Both the position numbers and the translations under genes were made by a program. Below are positions 38,174-47,966 of a stretch of DNA of 64,000 bases, one piece after another. Numbering within the stretch: the stretch's first letter is position 1; the number at the start of each line of letters is the position of its first letter. The stretch is from Clostridia bacterium (GTDB taxonomy: Bacteria; Bacillota; Clostridia; TANB77; UBA1234): positions 411,291 through 475,290 of the forward strand of contig JAFWYG010000001.1 in the NCBI GenBank assembly GCA_017522765.1, read 5' to 3'. A model generated the notes under the pieces. The model was not told the DNA's origin and searched no databases. It was given only the letters and a program-made list of their open reading frames with translations.

Positions 38174-38434
38174 ATGGATTCACAAAACACAATATTCTTT
38201 AAAGTTGAAAAAGAAAAGAAAAGCAATTCAAAACAAATTTTAAGACAAGTATATGAAGCTCTTGTAGAAAAAGGATATGATCCAATCAATCAAATTGTTG
38301 GTTATATACTTTCAGGAGATCCAACATATATCACAAGTCATAAAGATTCTAGAAGTCTTATCAGACAATTAGAAAGAGATGAATTGTTAGAAGAATTAGT
38401 AAAAGAATATATTGGAGTAAACGATGAAAAATAG
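38174..38434 (+). CDS. ireB: IreB-family regulatory phosphoprotein (UPF0297)
   Basis: [53 protein letters not shown] matches the UPF0297 consensus. Confidence 0.8.
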   Translation: MDSQNTIFFKVEKEKKSNSKQILRQVYEALVEKGYDPINQIVGYILSGDPTYITSHKDSRSLIRQLERDELLEELVKEYIGVNDEK

Positions 38435-38843
38435 AATAATGGGTATTGATTATGGAGATGTGAGAACCGGTATCGCGATATCAGATCTTCTTGGAATAAC
38501 TGCACAAGGTTTAGAGTCAATCAATCACGGAGAAAGTGAAAAGAAACTTTTAAATCGAATTGCAGAAATAATAAAAGAATATCAAATAGAAAAAATCGTA
38601 ATAGGTTATCCTCTTAATATGAACAATACTAAAGGTCCTAGAGCAGAGAAAACAGACAAATTTATAGAAAAGTTAAAAAATAGATTTGGATTAGAAGTTA
38701 TAAAAATGGATGAACGTCTAACAACAGTTTCTGCACACAGGACAATGACAACACTTTCTGTTTCAAAAGACAGAAAGAAAAACATAGTAGATACTATATC
38801 TGCAGAATATATTTTGCAGATGTATCTAGATAGAAATGCTTAA
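38424..38843 (+). CDS. ruvX: Holliday junction resolvase-like YqgF/RuvX
   Basis: [16 protein letters not shown]-terminus and conserved gene order ireB-ruvX-DUF1292. Confidence 0.82.
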   Translation: MKNRIMGIDYGDVRTGIAISDLLGITAQGLESINHGESEKKLLNRIAEIIKEYQIEKIVIGYPLNMNNTKGPRAEKTDKFIEKLKNRFGLEVIKMDERLTTVSAHRTMTTLSVSKDRKKNIVDTISAEYILQMYLDRNA

Positions 38844-38875
38844 GTCAAAGACTTATCAAAGAAAGGAGATTAAAA

Positions 38876-39184
38876 ATGAGTGACGAGAATGTAAACTTAG
38901 AAGGACTAGAGGACTTCGATGAATTAGACAATAAAATCATCTTAAATGATGAAGATGGAAACGAAATTGAATTCGAATTCCTAGATGTTGTTGAACTAGA
39001 CGACAAAGAATATGTAGTACTATTACCTGTAGCAGAAGCTGAAAAAGGTGAAGTAGTAATCTTTAGAATTGAAGGAGAAGGCGATGAAGAAAGCTATGTA
39101 AGTCTTGATGACGAAGCAGAAGCTGAAAGAGTTTTCGAAGCATTCAAAGAAAAGACAAAAGACGAATTTGATTTCGCTGACTAG
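38876..39184 (+). CDS. DUF1292/UPF0473 acidic protein (YrzB-like)
   Basis: Acidic 102-aa protein with DEDGNEIEFEFLDVVELDDKEYVVLLP, in the conserved position after ruvX. Confidence 0.7.
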   Translation: MSDENVNLEGLEDFDELDNKIILNDEDGNEIEFEFLDVVELDDKEYVVLLPVAEAEKGEVVIFRIEGEGDEESYVSLDDEAEAERVFEAFKEKTKDEFDFAD

Positions 39185-39301
39185 TAATAAAAATGGGACA
39201 TCGTAAGATGTCTCTTTTTTTATCCAAAAACGTTGAAAAATCTGGAAGAGTATAATATAATTCACATTATGTAAAACGGGCAAAAAAGGAGATAATAACT
39301 A

Positions 39302-40525
39302 ATGAACAAAGAATTGATTGCAGAAGTTGAAAGAGACATTGAAGTAGAACTAAGAAAGCAAGAAGCTATTGAAGAAGTAACAACAACTAAAGTATTAAAT
39401 GCTTTCAAAAAATTTAAGGTAAATGAATCTCATTTAAATGGAACAACTGGATATGGATATAATGATTTTGGAAGAGATACTATAGAAGAAATGTATGCTG
39501 AAATTTTTCACACAGAAGATGCTTTAGTAAGAAACCAATTTATTTCCGGTACACATACAATTTCAACAACATTATTTGGGATTTTAAGACCAGGTGATAT
39601 TGTATTAAGTATAAATGGAAAACCATATGACACATTAGATGAAGTAATTGGAATAAGAGAAAATCCAAGTTCACTTGCTGCATATGGAATTAAATATGAG
39701 CAAATAGATTTATTAGAAGGCAACAAATTTGATATAGAAAAAATTAAAGAAAGAGTTTCAAAGAAAGATATCAAATTAGTTATTATGCAAAGATCAAGAG
39801 GATATGCATATAGAAACGCATTCTTGATAGAAGAAATGGAAGAAGCAATTAAAACTGTTAAAGAAGCATGTCCTACAACATATGTAATGGTTGATAATTG
39901 CTATGGAGAATTTACAGATATTAAAGAGCCAACAGACATTGGAGCTGATGTTGCAGTTGGTTCACTTATAAAAAATATTGGTGGAGGAATCGCTCCAACA
40001 GGTGGATATATAGTAGGTAAAAAGGAATTAATAGATTTAATTAGCGATAGATATAGTGCACCTGGACTTGGCAAAGAAGGTGGAGCTACATTTGACTTTA
40101 ATAGAAAAGTATTACAAGGATTATTTATGGCGCCACATATTGTAACAGAAGCTAAAAAAGTTGGAATCTTTGCAGCTAGATTATTAGAAAAGTTAGGATA
40201 CGAAGTTTCTCCTAAATATAATGAAAGAAGATCAGACATTGTTCAAATGGTTAAATTAAATGACCCAGATAAACTTATAAAATTCTGCCAAGGTATTCAA
40301 TCTAATTCAGCAATAGATTCTGCTGTTACACTAGAAGCTTGTGATATGCCTGGATATGAAAGCAAAATCGTAATGGCATCAGGTTCATTTACATCAGGTT
40401 CTTCAATCGAAATAAGCTGTGATGGTCCAGTTAGACCACCATATGTTGCATATTTACAAGGTGGACTTACATATACTTATGGAAAAATTGCGGTAATAGA
40501 TGCTGTTGAATTGTTAGAAAAATAA
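39302..40525 (+). CDS. methionine gamma-lyase-family PLP protein (YnbB/aluminium-resistance family)
   Basis: 407 aa with the Met_gamma_lyase family pattern (GSLIKNIGGGIAPTGGYIVG). Confidence 0.75.
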   Translation: MNKELIAEVERDIEVELRKQEAIEEVTTTKVLNAFKKFKVNESHLNGTTGYGYNDFGRDTIEEMYAEIFHTEDALVRNQFISGTHTISTTLFGILRPGDIVLSINGKPYDTLDEVIGIRENPSSLAAYGIKYEQIDLLEGNKFDIEKIKERVSKKDIKLVIMQRSRGYAYRNAFLIEEMEEAIKTVKEACPTTYVMVDNCYGEFTDIKEPTDIGADVAVGSLIKNIGGGIAPTGGYIVGKKELIDLISDRYSAPGLGKEGGATFDFNRKVLQGLFMAPHIVTEAKKVGIFAARLLEKLGYEVSPKYNERRSDIVQMVKLNDPDKLIKFCQGIQSNSAIDSAVTLEACDMPGYESKIVMASGSFTSGSSIEISCDGPVRPPYVAYLQGGLTYTYGKIAVIDAVELLEK

Positions 40526-40551
40526 ATTATAAAATTCCGTGAGGTGAAAAC

Positions 40552-41787
40552 ATGAATGTTATTGTAATAGGCGGTGGCGCTGCAGGGATGATGGCAGCAA
40601 TCATGTCTAGTAGAAATGGCAATCAAGTAACTATATTAGAAAAAATGCGTAGCATGGGAAGAAAACTTTCTATTACTGGAAAGGGCAGATGCAATATAAC
40701 TAATGCTACAGACATGGATAACTTCATAAAGAATGTACCTGGTAACGGTAAATTTTTGTTTAGTGCTTTTAGTAAATTTACAAACCAAGATGCTATAAAC
40801 TTTTTTAACGAAATTGGTGTTAAAACAAAAGTTGAAAGAGGAGATAGAGTTTTTCCAGTTTCAGATAGTGCCATGGAAGTTATTGATAAACTAAAAAAAG
40901 AACTAGATAAACAAAACGTTAAAGTAATAGTAGATAGTCCTGTTAAATGCTTAGTTGTAGAAGATGGCAGGGTAACTGGTGTGAAGACTGAAGCGGGAAA
41001 AACATATTCTTGTGATAAAGTAATTCTTGCAACTGGAGGAAAAAGCTATCCTACAACAGGTTCAACAGGTGATGGATATAAGATTGCTAAAATGGTTGGA
41101 CATACAATAGTAGAACCGAAACCTTCATTAGTTCCACTAGAGACATATGAGAAGAAAATAGAAAAACTACAAGGCCTTTCTTTAAAAAACGTCGGAATAA
41201 AAATTTTTGACGGAACAAAATTAGTGTATGAAGATTTTGGAGAAATGTTATTTGCTCATTATGGTGTAACTGGTCCAATTATACTAAGTGGAAGTGCACA
41301 TCTTTTAAGAGTAAAAAATATAGAAGAAAAATTAAAATCGCAAACAATCAAAATAAAAATAGATTTAAAACCAGCATTAACTACAGAAAAATTAGAAGCA
41401 AGAATACAAAGAGATTTAGAAAAGTACACAAAGAAACAATATAAGAATTCATTAGCTGATTTATTACCAGGCAAAATGATTCCTTATATTGTTGAAGAAT
41501 CAGGAATAGACGAAGAAAAACAAACAGATCAAATAACAAAAGAAGAACGTAAAAATCTAGCAGAATTATTAAAAAATTTAGAATTCACAATAAAAGGTTT
41601 TAGACCAATTGAAGAAGCGATTATTACAGCGGGAGGAATTAGCACAAAAGAGATTAATGCATCAACAATGGAGTCCAAAATTGTAAATGGATTATATTTT
41701 GCTGGAGAAATAATAGACGTAGATGCATACACTGGTGGATTTAACTTGCAAATAGCATATAGTACAGCATATGTAGCAGCGCAATAA
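40552..41787 (+). CDS. HI0933/BaiN-family FAD-dependent oxidoreductase
   Basis: MNVIVIGGGAAGMMAA...GKGRCNITN N-terminus typical of the HI0933 family. Confidence 0.82.
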   Translation: MNVIVIGGGAAGMMAAIMSSRNGNQVTILEKMRSMGRKLSITGKGRCNITNATDMDNFIKNVPGNGKFLFSAFSKFTNQDAINFFNEIGVKTKVERGDRVFPVSDSAMEVIDKLKKELDKQNVKVIVDSPVKCLVVEDGRVTGVKTEAGKTYSCDKVILATGGKSYPTTGSTGDGYKIAKMVGHTIVEPKPSLVPLETYEKKIEKLQGLSLKNVGIKIFDGTKLVYEDFGEMLFAHYGVTGPIILSGSAHLLRVKNIEEKLKSQTIKIKIDLKPALTTEKLEARIQRDLEKYTKKQYKNSLADLLPGKMIPYIVEESGIDEEKQTDQITKEERKNLAELLKNLEFTIKGFRPIEEAIITAGGISTKEINASTMESKIVNGLYFAGEIIDVDAYTGGFNLQIAYSTAYVAAQ

Positions 41788-41873
41788 ATGTCGAAAAAAG
41801 GCAATAAAAAACACTTGATAAAGCACTTTTGATGGTAATAAAATGTCTTTTGGTGCCGATAGAAAGGGATATT

Positions 41874-42491
41874 ATGGAGAATACTTTTGTAACAATAAAA
41901 GAAAAAGAATATTGTGCGGAAATTGTAGAGAAAAGATCGAAATTTATCGCAAAAGTTATAAAGGTTCAATCAGAAGAAGAGGCTACTAACGAATTAAAGA
42001 AAATACGAAAAGAACATAGAGATGCAAGACATAACGTCTTTGCATATCGAATAATGAACGTTGGAGAGCGAATGAGTGACGATGGAGAACCTAGTGGAAC
42101 TGCGGGTGCTCCAATACTGGAATTATTACGTGGAGAAAATTTGCAAAATGTAATGGTTGTGGTAACGCGTTACTTCGGTGGAATTTTATTGGGAACAGGA
42201 GGGCTTGTAAGAGCATATAGTTCTGCAGCCAAAGATGCGGTAACTGCCGCTGAAAAAGTTACAATGAAATTGTGTAATGAATATAAAATAGATACGAACT
42301 ATAACTATCTTAACATTTTGAATCATTACTTCAAAAAGCAATCAATAAATGTAAGGGACACAGATTTTTCAGATAATATAATTTTTACAATTACAGTAGA
42401 AGCTGATAGAGCAGAACAAGTTTTAAAAGATATAGAAGAGAAGACTGCTAGAACAGCGATTGTAACATTAAAAGAAACATATTATCAATAG
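41874..42491 (+). CDS. yigZ: YigZ/IMPACT-family protein
   Basis: DDGEPSGTAGAPILELL core motif. SD AAAGGGA precedes ATG 41874; the tracked TTG start is at 41829. Confidence 0.78.
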   Translation: MENTFVTIKEKEYCAEIVEKRSKFIAKVIKVQSEEEATNELKKIRKEHRDARHNVFAYRIMNVGERMSDDGEPSGTAGAPILELLRGENLQNVMVVVTRYFGGILLGTGGLVRAYSSAAKDAVTAAEKVTMKLCNEYKIDTNYNYLNILNHYFKKQSINVRDTDFSDNIIFTITVEADRAEQVLKDIEEKTARTAIVTLKETYYQ

Positions 42492-42619
42492 CTGTAAAAA
42501 ATTTACAATTTAATATTGCTTTTACCATATTTTGGTAGTATACTTTGAGAGTAATCAAAATTTATTGCTGAATGTTGTTATAAAATAACTAAATCATACG
42601 GCAATGTTAGGAGGTTTTT

Positions 42620-43423
42620 ATGCAAGAAAAGATTAAAGTTGTTATCGCAGATGACAATCTTGAGTTTGCAGAAATAGTACGTGAATTTCTAAATAACAAA
42701 CCTGATATCGAAGTATTAGAAATAGCAAAAGATGGAGAAGAAGCACTAGAGGTTCTAAACAGATTAGAACCAGATGTAGCGCTATTAGATATAGTAATGC
42801 CTAAGCTAGATGGAATAGGCGTGTTAGAAAAATTAAATGCAGCACCTAAAAAATTAAAAACGAAATATATTGTATTATCAGCAATCGGTCAAGATGCAAT
42901 CACTCAAAAAACAATTATGTTGGGTGCCGAGTATTACATGATTAAACCATTCGAATTAGAGATGTTACTAAAACGAATTCGAGAAGTAAAAGCGGGACTT
43001 ATAGATTTAAGAAGTCCTAATCAAATTGGTGTAGCACAAATGAAAGCACCATACATAACAGAAAATCCAAATTCGTTAGAAACTTCGGTAACTAATATAA
43101 TTCATGAAGTTGGAGTGCCAGCGCATATTAAAGGATATCAATATATAAGAGAAGCAATAACATTGGCCGTACAAGATATGGAAGTAATAAATTCAATTAC
43201 TAAAGAATTATATCCAACATTAGCAAAGAAATTTAAAACTACACCATCGCGTGTAGAAAGAGCAATAAGACATGCGATAGAAGTTGCTTGGTCAAGAGGT
43301 TCGCTTGAGACAAACAGAATGATGTTTGGTAACACAGTGTCACCACTAAAATGCAAGCCAACGAATAGTGAGTTTATAGCGATCATTGCAGATAAGTTAA
43401 GAATAGAAATGAAAATTGCGTAG
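42620..43423 (+). CDS. spo0A: sporulation master regulator Spo0A
   Basis: Receiver domain plus Spo0A_C signature [21 protein letters not shown]...[34 protein letters not shown]. Confidence 0.92.
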   Translation: MQEKIKVVIADDNLEFAEIVREFLNNKPDIEVLEIAKDGEEALEVLNRLEPDVALLDIVMPKLDGIGVLEKLNAAPKKLKTKYIVLSAIGQDAITQKTIMLGAEYYMIKPFELEMLLKRIREVKAGLIDLRSPNQIGVAQMKAPYITENPNSLETSVTNIIHEVGVPAHIKGYQYIREAITLAVQDMEVINSITKELYPTLAKKFKTTPSRVERAIRHAIEVAWSRGSLETNRMMFGNTVSPLKCKPTNSEFIAIIADKLRIEMKIA

Positions 43424-43431
43424 AGTATATA

Positions 43432-43467
43432 AAAAAGATTAACAATTTATTTGTTAATCTTTTTTTA
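43432..43467 (+). terminator. intrinsic terminator after spo0A
   Basis: AAAGATTAACAA/TTGTTAATCTTT hairpin followed by T6. Confidence 0.75.
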
Positions 43468-43510
43468 TGCTATAATGATTGTAGATAATGAGATACAAAG
43501 GAGAAAATCT

Positions 43511-44209
43511 ATGTACGAACAAGAATATAAAGAATTAAAAAGTCAAAGAGTACCAGGATATATAATGATTGGAATTGCAATTTTTGTATTAGTGTTTTTT
43601 GGTTCTTTTTGTTTTGGTGGAATGATAAGAAAAATAGGTAAAAATGAAACTGTAGAAGCTGATAGAGTGACTATAGAGATTAGTTACGGAGATGAAGATT
43701 CTTCAGATACATATAAACCAACGTATTATTATACTGTTGGTCGAAAAAAATACACATATACTCCATGGTATTATACCAATATCGGTGTAGAAGATATGAA
43801 AGACACAACTTTATATTATAATTCTTCAGATCCAAGTAAAGTAGTACCTGAATATCAAACTAAATTTTATTGGTCTTCTGGCTTTGTAATTGTTTTTGCA
43901 GGTATATTTGCATGTATTGGTTTAGGAATTTTGATAGGAACAATAAAAAAAGAAAGAAAATTAAAACATTTACAAGAACACGGAACTCTTTTTAGAAACT
44001 TACCTTGTAGAGTGGTCCAAACTAATACATATGTAAATGAAGAACCTGTTATAAAAATCGAAATAGATTATGTGGGGCCTGATGGAGAACTTATAGTTTT
44101 TAGTCAAAAGAAAATTGGAGATTATGACGAAGAGGTGCAAACAGCTGATTTATTAGTAGATCAAAATGATTTAAGTATGTATTACATAGACTTTAATATA
44201 GAACAATAA
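43511..44209 (+). CDS. DUF3592-like membrane protein with extra C-terminal domain
   Basis: TM, then a Tyr-rich beta region (KPTYYYTVGRKKYTYTPWYY), then a TM and a roughly 90-aa tail. SD AAAGGAGAAAAT. Confidence 0.45.
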   Translation: MYEQEYKELKSQRVPGYIMIGIAIFVLVFFGSFCFGGMIRKIGKNETVEADRVTIEISYGDEDSSDTYKPTYYYTVGRKKYTYTPWYYTNIGVEDMKDTTLYYNSSDPSKVVPEYQTKFYWSSGFVIVFAGIFACIGLGILIGTIKKERKLKHLQEHGTLFRNLPCRVVQTNTYVNEEPVIKIEIDYVGPDGELIVFSQKKIGDYDEEVQTADLLVDQNDLSMYYIDFNIEQ

Positions 44210-44250
44210 AAAAATCCCTCTTGATATTAGTTCAAGAGGGATTTAATTTT
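44210..44250. terminator. bidirectional terminator shared by convergent paralogs
   Basis: AAATCCCTCTTGA/TCAAGAGGGATTT hairpin. Confidence 0.75.
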
Positions 44251-44941
44251 ACCAATTTAAATCTACTATATATATTGATGGATTTTCAGAATCAAATAAT
44301 ACATCTGCATATAGCGTGCCTCGTTCTTCAGGATAATCATATACAAGTTTGCTAAATGTAATTGATTCGCCCGTTGGTGAAATATATTCTATTTCTGCTT
44401 TCATTATTGGTTTATCGTCAAAAAATTTATTAGTTGGCATCAAAATACAAGGTTGATCTTTTAATAAAGTACCGTTAGTTTCTAAATGCTTTAATTTTTT
44501 CTTTATGTTTTTTCCATAAGCAACACAAATATTTGACGCGGTAATAATCAGAGCAAAAAAGAAAAGTATTCCCCAGTGTTCGGTACGAAAAATAGTTTCG
44601 TATTCAGCTACCACATTAGTAGGATTACTAGGATTATAGTATAACTTTTTTGTCATAATTTCTTCGCTAAAAACCGTTGTTGGAAAAAGAGGTGTGTATT
44701 CATAGTTCATGCCATCTATTTCATAGTAATATGTAGGATGATAAGTTGGATAACCATTAATATCATATTTAGTATTAAGATCTATTTTTGTTGCTATTAT
44801 AATCTCGTTTTTTCCGTATTTTCTAAATAATCCGTTACTGAAAATAAAACCGTATACAACTACTAATAATATTGCGGTTATGCTTAAACCATAACCGACA
44901 ATTATAAATCTTTCCGCTTTAGAACGTTCTATATTTTCCAT
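44249..44941 (-). CDS. DUF3592-like membrane protein, paralog of 43511..44209
   Basis: Same architecture (YPTYHPTYYYEIDGMNYEYTP ... second TM ... C-terminal domain). The KLKHL-ETNGTLLKDQPC versus KLKHLQEHGTLFRNLPC blocks align. Confidence 0.45.
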   Translation of the reverse strand: MENIERSKAERFIIVGYGLSITAILLVVVYGFIFSNGLFRKYGKNEIIIATKIDLNTKYDINGYPTYHPTYYYEIDGMNYEYTPLFPTTVFSEEIMTKKLYYNPSNPTNVVAEYETIFRTEHWGILFFFALIITASNICVAYGKNIKKKLKHLETNGTLLKDQPCILMPTNKFFDDKPIMKAEIEYISPTGESITFSKLVYDYPEERGTLYADVLFDSENPSIYIVDLNW

Positions 44942-45065
44942 GTATGAACTCCTTATATAAATTATATATCTTAGAACTATTGTAACATTAATTTTTATAA
45001 TATAAAACGTAGAATTTTTAATAAAAAATTAGCCCCCTTGAACATGTGTCTCAAGGGGGCTATAT

Positions 45066-46844
45066 TTACGCTGCGATGAAGGATTTCAGATTGTCCGTGC
45101 GGAGGCTCTTAATTCTTTCGGGCGTACGATTTTTTGCACCGCAAGGAATATTTCCTTCGATGATGTAACAGTAAAGGGCGATAAGCAACCCGTTGCTTTG
45201 CATCTGTTTTTCAGAAGCACGAGAGCGTTTGAGACTGAGCAGCTTTTCTTGTACCTTTGAGATATCGATGTCCTTAAGGTTAAAGTATGCACTGCCAAAA
45301 TCAGAGTCAAATCCGATTGCTTTTTTGAAAGCGGTCTCATCGTCGTTTTCACTGTATTCAGCGATAGCATCGCCGAAGTAAGGAATCCAGAATCCCTGAA
45401 TCATTTCAGCTGTTTGCTGAGAGTTCTCAATTTTGATACCGTTATTAGTAGCAAACTTGAGAATGGTTTCTTCAGGAGAAAGTTTGTGTTCGATGCCGAA
45501 ATATTCTTTTTCGAATGCAGCATCAATGCCCATGACGTTTGCAAGATTTGCAGCATCCTCATCGGACTTTTCAGAGAACCAGTAAACAGCAATCATTGAT
45601 CTAATACTTTGTCTGAGAGCATCGTCGTCATAACTGTAAAACTCGGCCAGAGTATCGATTGTTTCAAAGCACTGCTTGAGGGGCATATTTGCATTGATGT
45701 AACCGCGCTGAATTGCGAAGAGTGTCAATGCATAGTATGTCTGCCATTCAAATTCATGCTCGGGAATCTGCTCGCCGGTTTCGATGTTATATGCCATTCC
45801 TTTGAAAACAAGATTCTCATCGGCCATATATTTGAAGAGTTCGAAATAGCAGTCACGTTCTCTTTCGCCGGAGATTTGGAATGTTCCCAGGATCTCGTCC
45901 GTGAGTTCGTAGTGCTTTACATTTCTGCTTGCGAGAAGGCCGTTTTCAAAAGTTCTGACAAAATGAGCTCTTTCATCGAATTCGGAAAGCGGATGAAGCA
46001 ACATCATAAGCATTGCAATCATAAAGTTTTGGAATTTGCTTTCCGTGAATGCTTCTTTAACTGCAAATGTCGTATATGACGTGTAGTAGTGGTCTGCATG
46101 AATTTGTGTCTTTATGGCACGGTAGTCACGGAACTTGTAGTTGCTCTTGTATGTGATAGGATATTCAACATGATTGAGCTCAGAAAGTTCAATGACTTTT
46201 TTGCGAAGCTTAGGTTCAAGCTGTTCCAGTGCAAATTGGATTGCGCCATAACGCACATGTACAGTCTTTCCCATAAGGGTATAGAGCAAAAATGTTTCCT
46301 CGGGGAAGAGATAATGCTTATGCAGATTGTCCCATTTTGTGTAGTTGATGGTGAGCTGACCATTGTTTAACCAAAGCTCTTCTACGAAAAATTCTCCAGC
46401 AGAGAAAAATGTGAAGAAGGACCGGATGTATTTTGCTTTAGTCAGGTCGTCCATATCCTCGGGAGCATCACACAGATGAGTTGCCATCATAGAGATGAGG
46501 TGTTTGAAACCGTGCAAATAATACTGTGCGTTTTCAAGTGTGCGAAGACATGCGAGATCATTTTCGAGAATCTTGGGATTCAGAGGGCGAGCAAATTTTA
46601 CACCATAACCGCAGTGCCGCAGAATGGCTTGAAGTCTTTTTTCGCCGATAACATTTGTGAATACGGGCAGGGCTTCATTGTGAAGCAGGGGCAGATCGAT
46701 ACAGTAGATGTGCGAAAAACCAGGCATTTGAGTGCTGGGTAAAATGAATTCCTCGTAGTCCGGTACGAGAAGCTTCCAAAATTTGATGAGTGCCTTGGTA
46801 TCGCTGTTGCCTAGTGTGGGATCCTTGATGATTGTAAGTTCCAT
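45066..46844 (-). CDS. large hypothetical cytoplasmic protein (592 aa), GC-rich island
   Basis: Long uninterrupted ORF. SD AAGGAAAGGA precedes ATG 46844. No recognised motif. About 45-50% GC versus AT-rich flanks. Confidence 0.5.
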   Translation of the reverse strand: MELTIIKDPTLGNSDTKALIKFWKLLVPDYEEFILPSTQMPGFSHIYCIDLPLLHNEALPVFTNVIGEKRLQAILRHCGYGVKFARPLNPKILENDLACLRTLENAQYYLHGFKHLISMMATHLCDAPEDMDDLTKAKYIRSFFTFFSAGEFFVEELWLNNGQLTINYTKWDNLHKHYLFPEETFLLYTLMGKTVHVRYGAIQFALEQLEPKLRKKVIELSELNHVEYPITYKSNYKFRDYRAIKTQIHADHYYTSYTTFAVKEAFTESKFQNFMIAMLMMLLHPLSEFDERAHFVRTFENGLLASRNVKHYELTDEILGTFQISGERERDCYFELFKYMADENLVFKGMAYNIETGEQIPEHEFEWQTYYALTLFAIQRGYINANMPLKQCFETIDTLAEFYSYDDDALRQSIRSMIAVYWFSEKSDEDAANLANVMGIDAAFEKEYFGIEHKLSPEETILKFATNNGIKIENSQQTAEMIQGFWIPYFGDAIAEYSENDDETAFKKAIGFDSDFGSAYFNLKDIDISKVQEKLLSLKRSRASEKQMQSNGLLIALYCYIIEGNIPCGAKNRTPERIKSLRTDNLKSFIAA

Positions 46845-47009
46845 AGCGTTCCTTTCCTTAAAATAGTATATGTGGTCTAAGCCTCGTAATTTTATCATAT
46901 TATGTCTACTTTTTCAATAAAATTGGTAAAAAATGTGAGCTTTTAGCCGTTTTTATTGTAAAAAACGGGGATATAATATACAATATTTTCGAGAAAAGGA
47001 GGACGGACT

Positions 47010-47954
47010 ATGAAAAAAACATTAAGCATAGTAGTAATTATTTTGATTGTATGTGCAATTATTGGTGGATGTGTATGGAGTTATTTTTATTTCACCGATG
47101 ATTCAAGGATAAATCCATCTAGAGACAATTCAGGTGATGATGTAGTAATTTCGAATGAAGCTCTTTGGTCTGGAGAAGATTATCCAAAAGTAGACGCTTC
47201 ACTTGCAACACAACCATTAACAGACGCGTTTATGGCAAATTTTACAGCTACACCTGTAGAAGAAATTGTGACAGATTATACTAACACTCATCCCGCATAC
47301 GTAAGACTTATTGATGGTGAAGTTGATTTGATTGTTGTAACTCAACCATCAGCTGAAGAACTTGCGCTTGCGAAAGAAAAAGGTGTTGAATTAGAAGTTA
47401 TACCAGTTGTTAATGAGGCATTTGTATTTTTAGCAAATGTTCAAAATAAAGTTGATAATTTATCTTTAGAAGAAATTCAAAAAATATATTCAGGAGATAT
47501 AACTAACTGGAATGAAGTTGGTGGAGAAGATTCAAAAATTATTCCTTACCAAAGACCAACAAACTCAGGAAGCCAAACTGGAATGTTAGCTTTAGTAATG
47601 AAAGGCGTTAAAATGTTAGAACCTGTTACAGAGACATTTGAAGAAACAATGGCGGGACTAATAACGGCAATTGCAGACTACGATAATTCTAAGGATGCAT
47701 TAGGATATTCTTACTATTACTATGCAACAACAATGTATTCAAAAGAAAATGTAAAACTATTAAGTGTAAATGGTGTGGAACCAAACTTTAACACAATTCA
47801 AAAAGGTGAATATCCAATAGGAACATATTATAACATTGTTATAAATGCAAATGAACCAGAAGGAAGTCCTGTAAGACAACTTGTTGAAGCTATGCTTTCG
47901 CCAAGAGGTCAAGCAGTAGCTAAAGAAGCAGGATATGTGCCAGTAACTAAATAA
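47010..47954 (+). CDS. PstS-like (PBP_like_2) substrate-binding lipoprotein/anchored protein, orphan
   Basis: ASLATQPL...LIDGEVDL...IYSGDITNWNEVGG...RPTNSGSQTG pattern of phosphate-binding-protein-family SBPs. No ABC permease or ATPase genes nearby. Confidence 0.6.
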   Translation: MKKTLSIVVIILIVCAIIGGCVWSYFYFTDDSRINPSRDNSGDDVVISNEALWSGEDYPKVDASLATQPLTDAFMANFTATPVEEIVTDYTNTHPAYVRLIDGEVDLIVVTQPSAEELALAKEKGVELEVIPVVNEAFVFLANVQNKVDNLSLEEIQKIYSGDITNWNEVGGEDSKIIPYQRPTNSGSQTGMLALVMKGVKMLEPVTETFEETMAGLITAIADYDNSKDALGYSYYYYATTMYSKENVKLLSVNGVEPNFNTIQKGEYPIGTYYNIVINANEPEGSPVRQLVEAMLSPRGQAVAKEAGYVPVTK

Positions 47955-47966
47955 GGGGAAATGTGA

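Noticed and set aside
45609-46742. Several + strand ORFs (45609..46079, 46089..46370, 46476..46742)
   Set aside because: All are antisense within the 592-aa GC-rich minus-strand gene.
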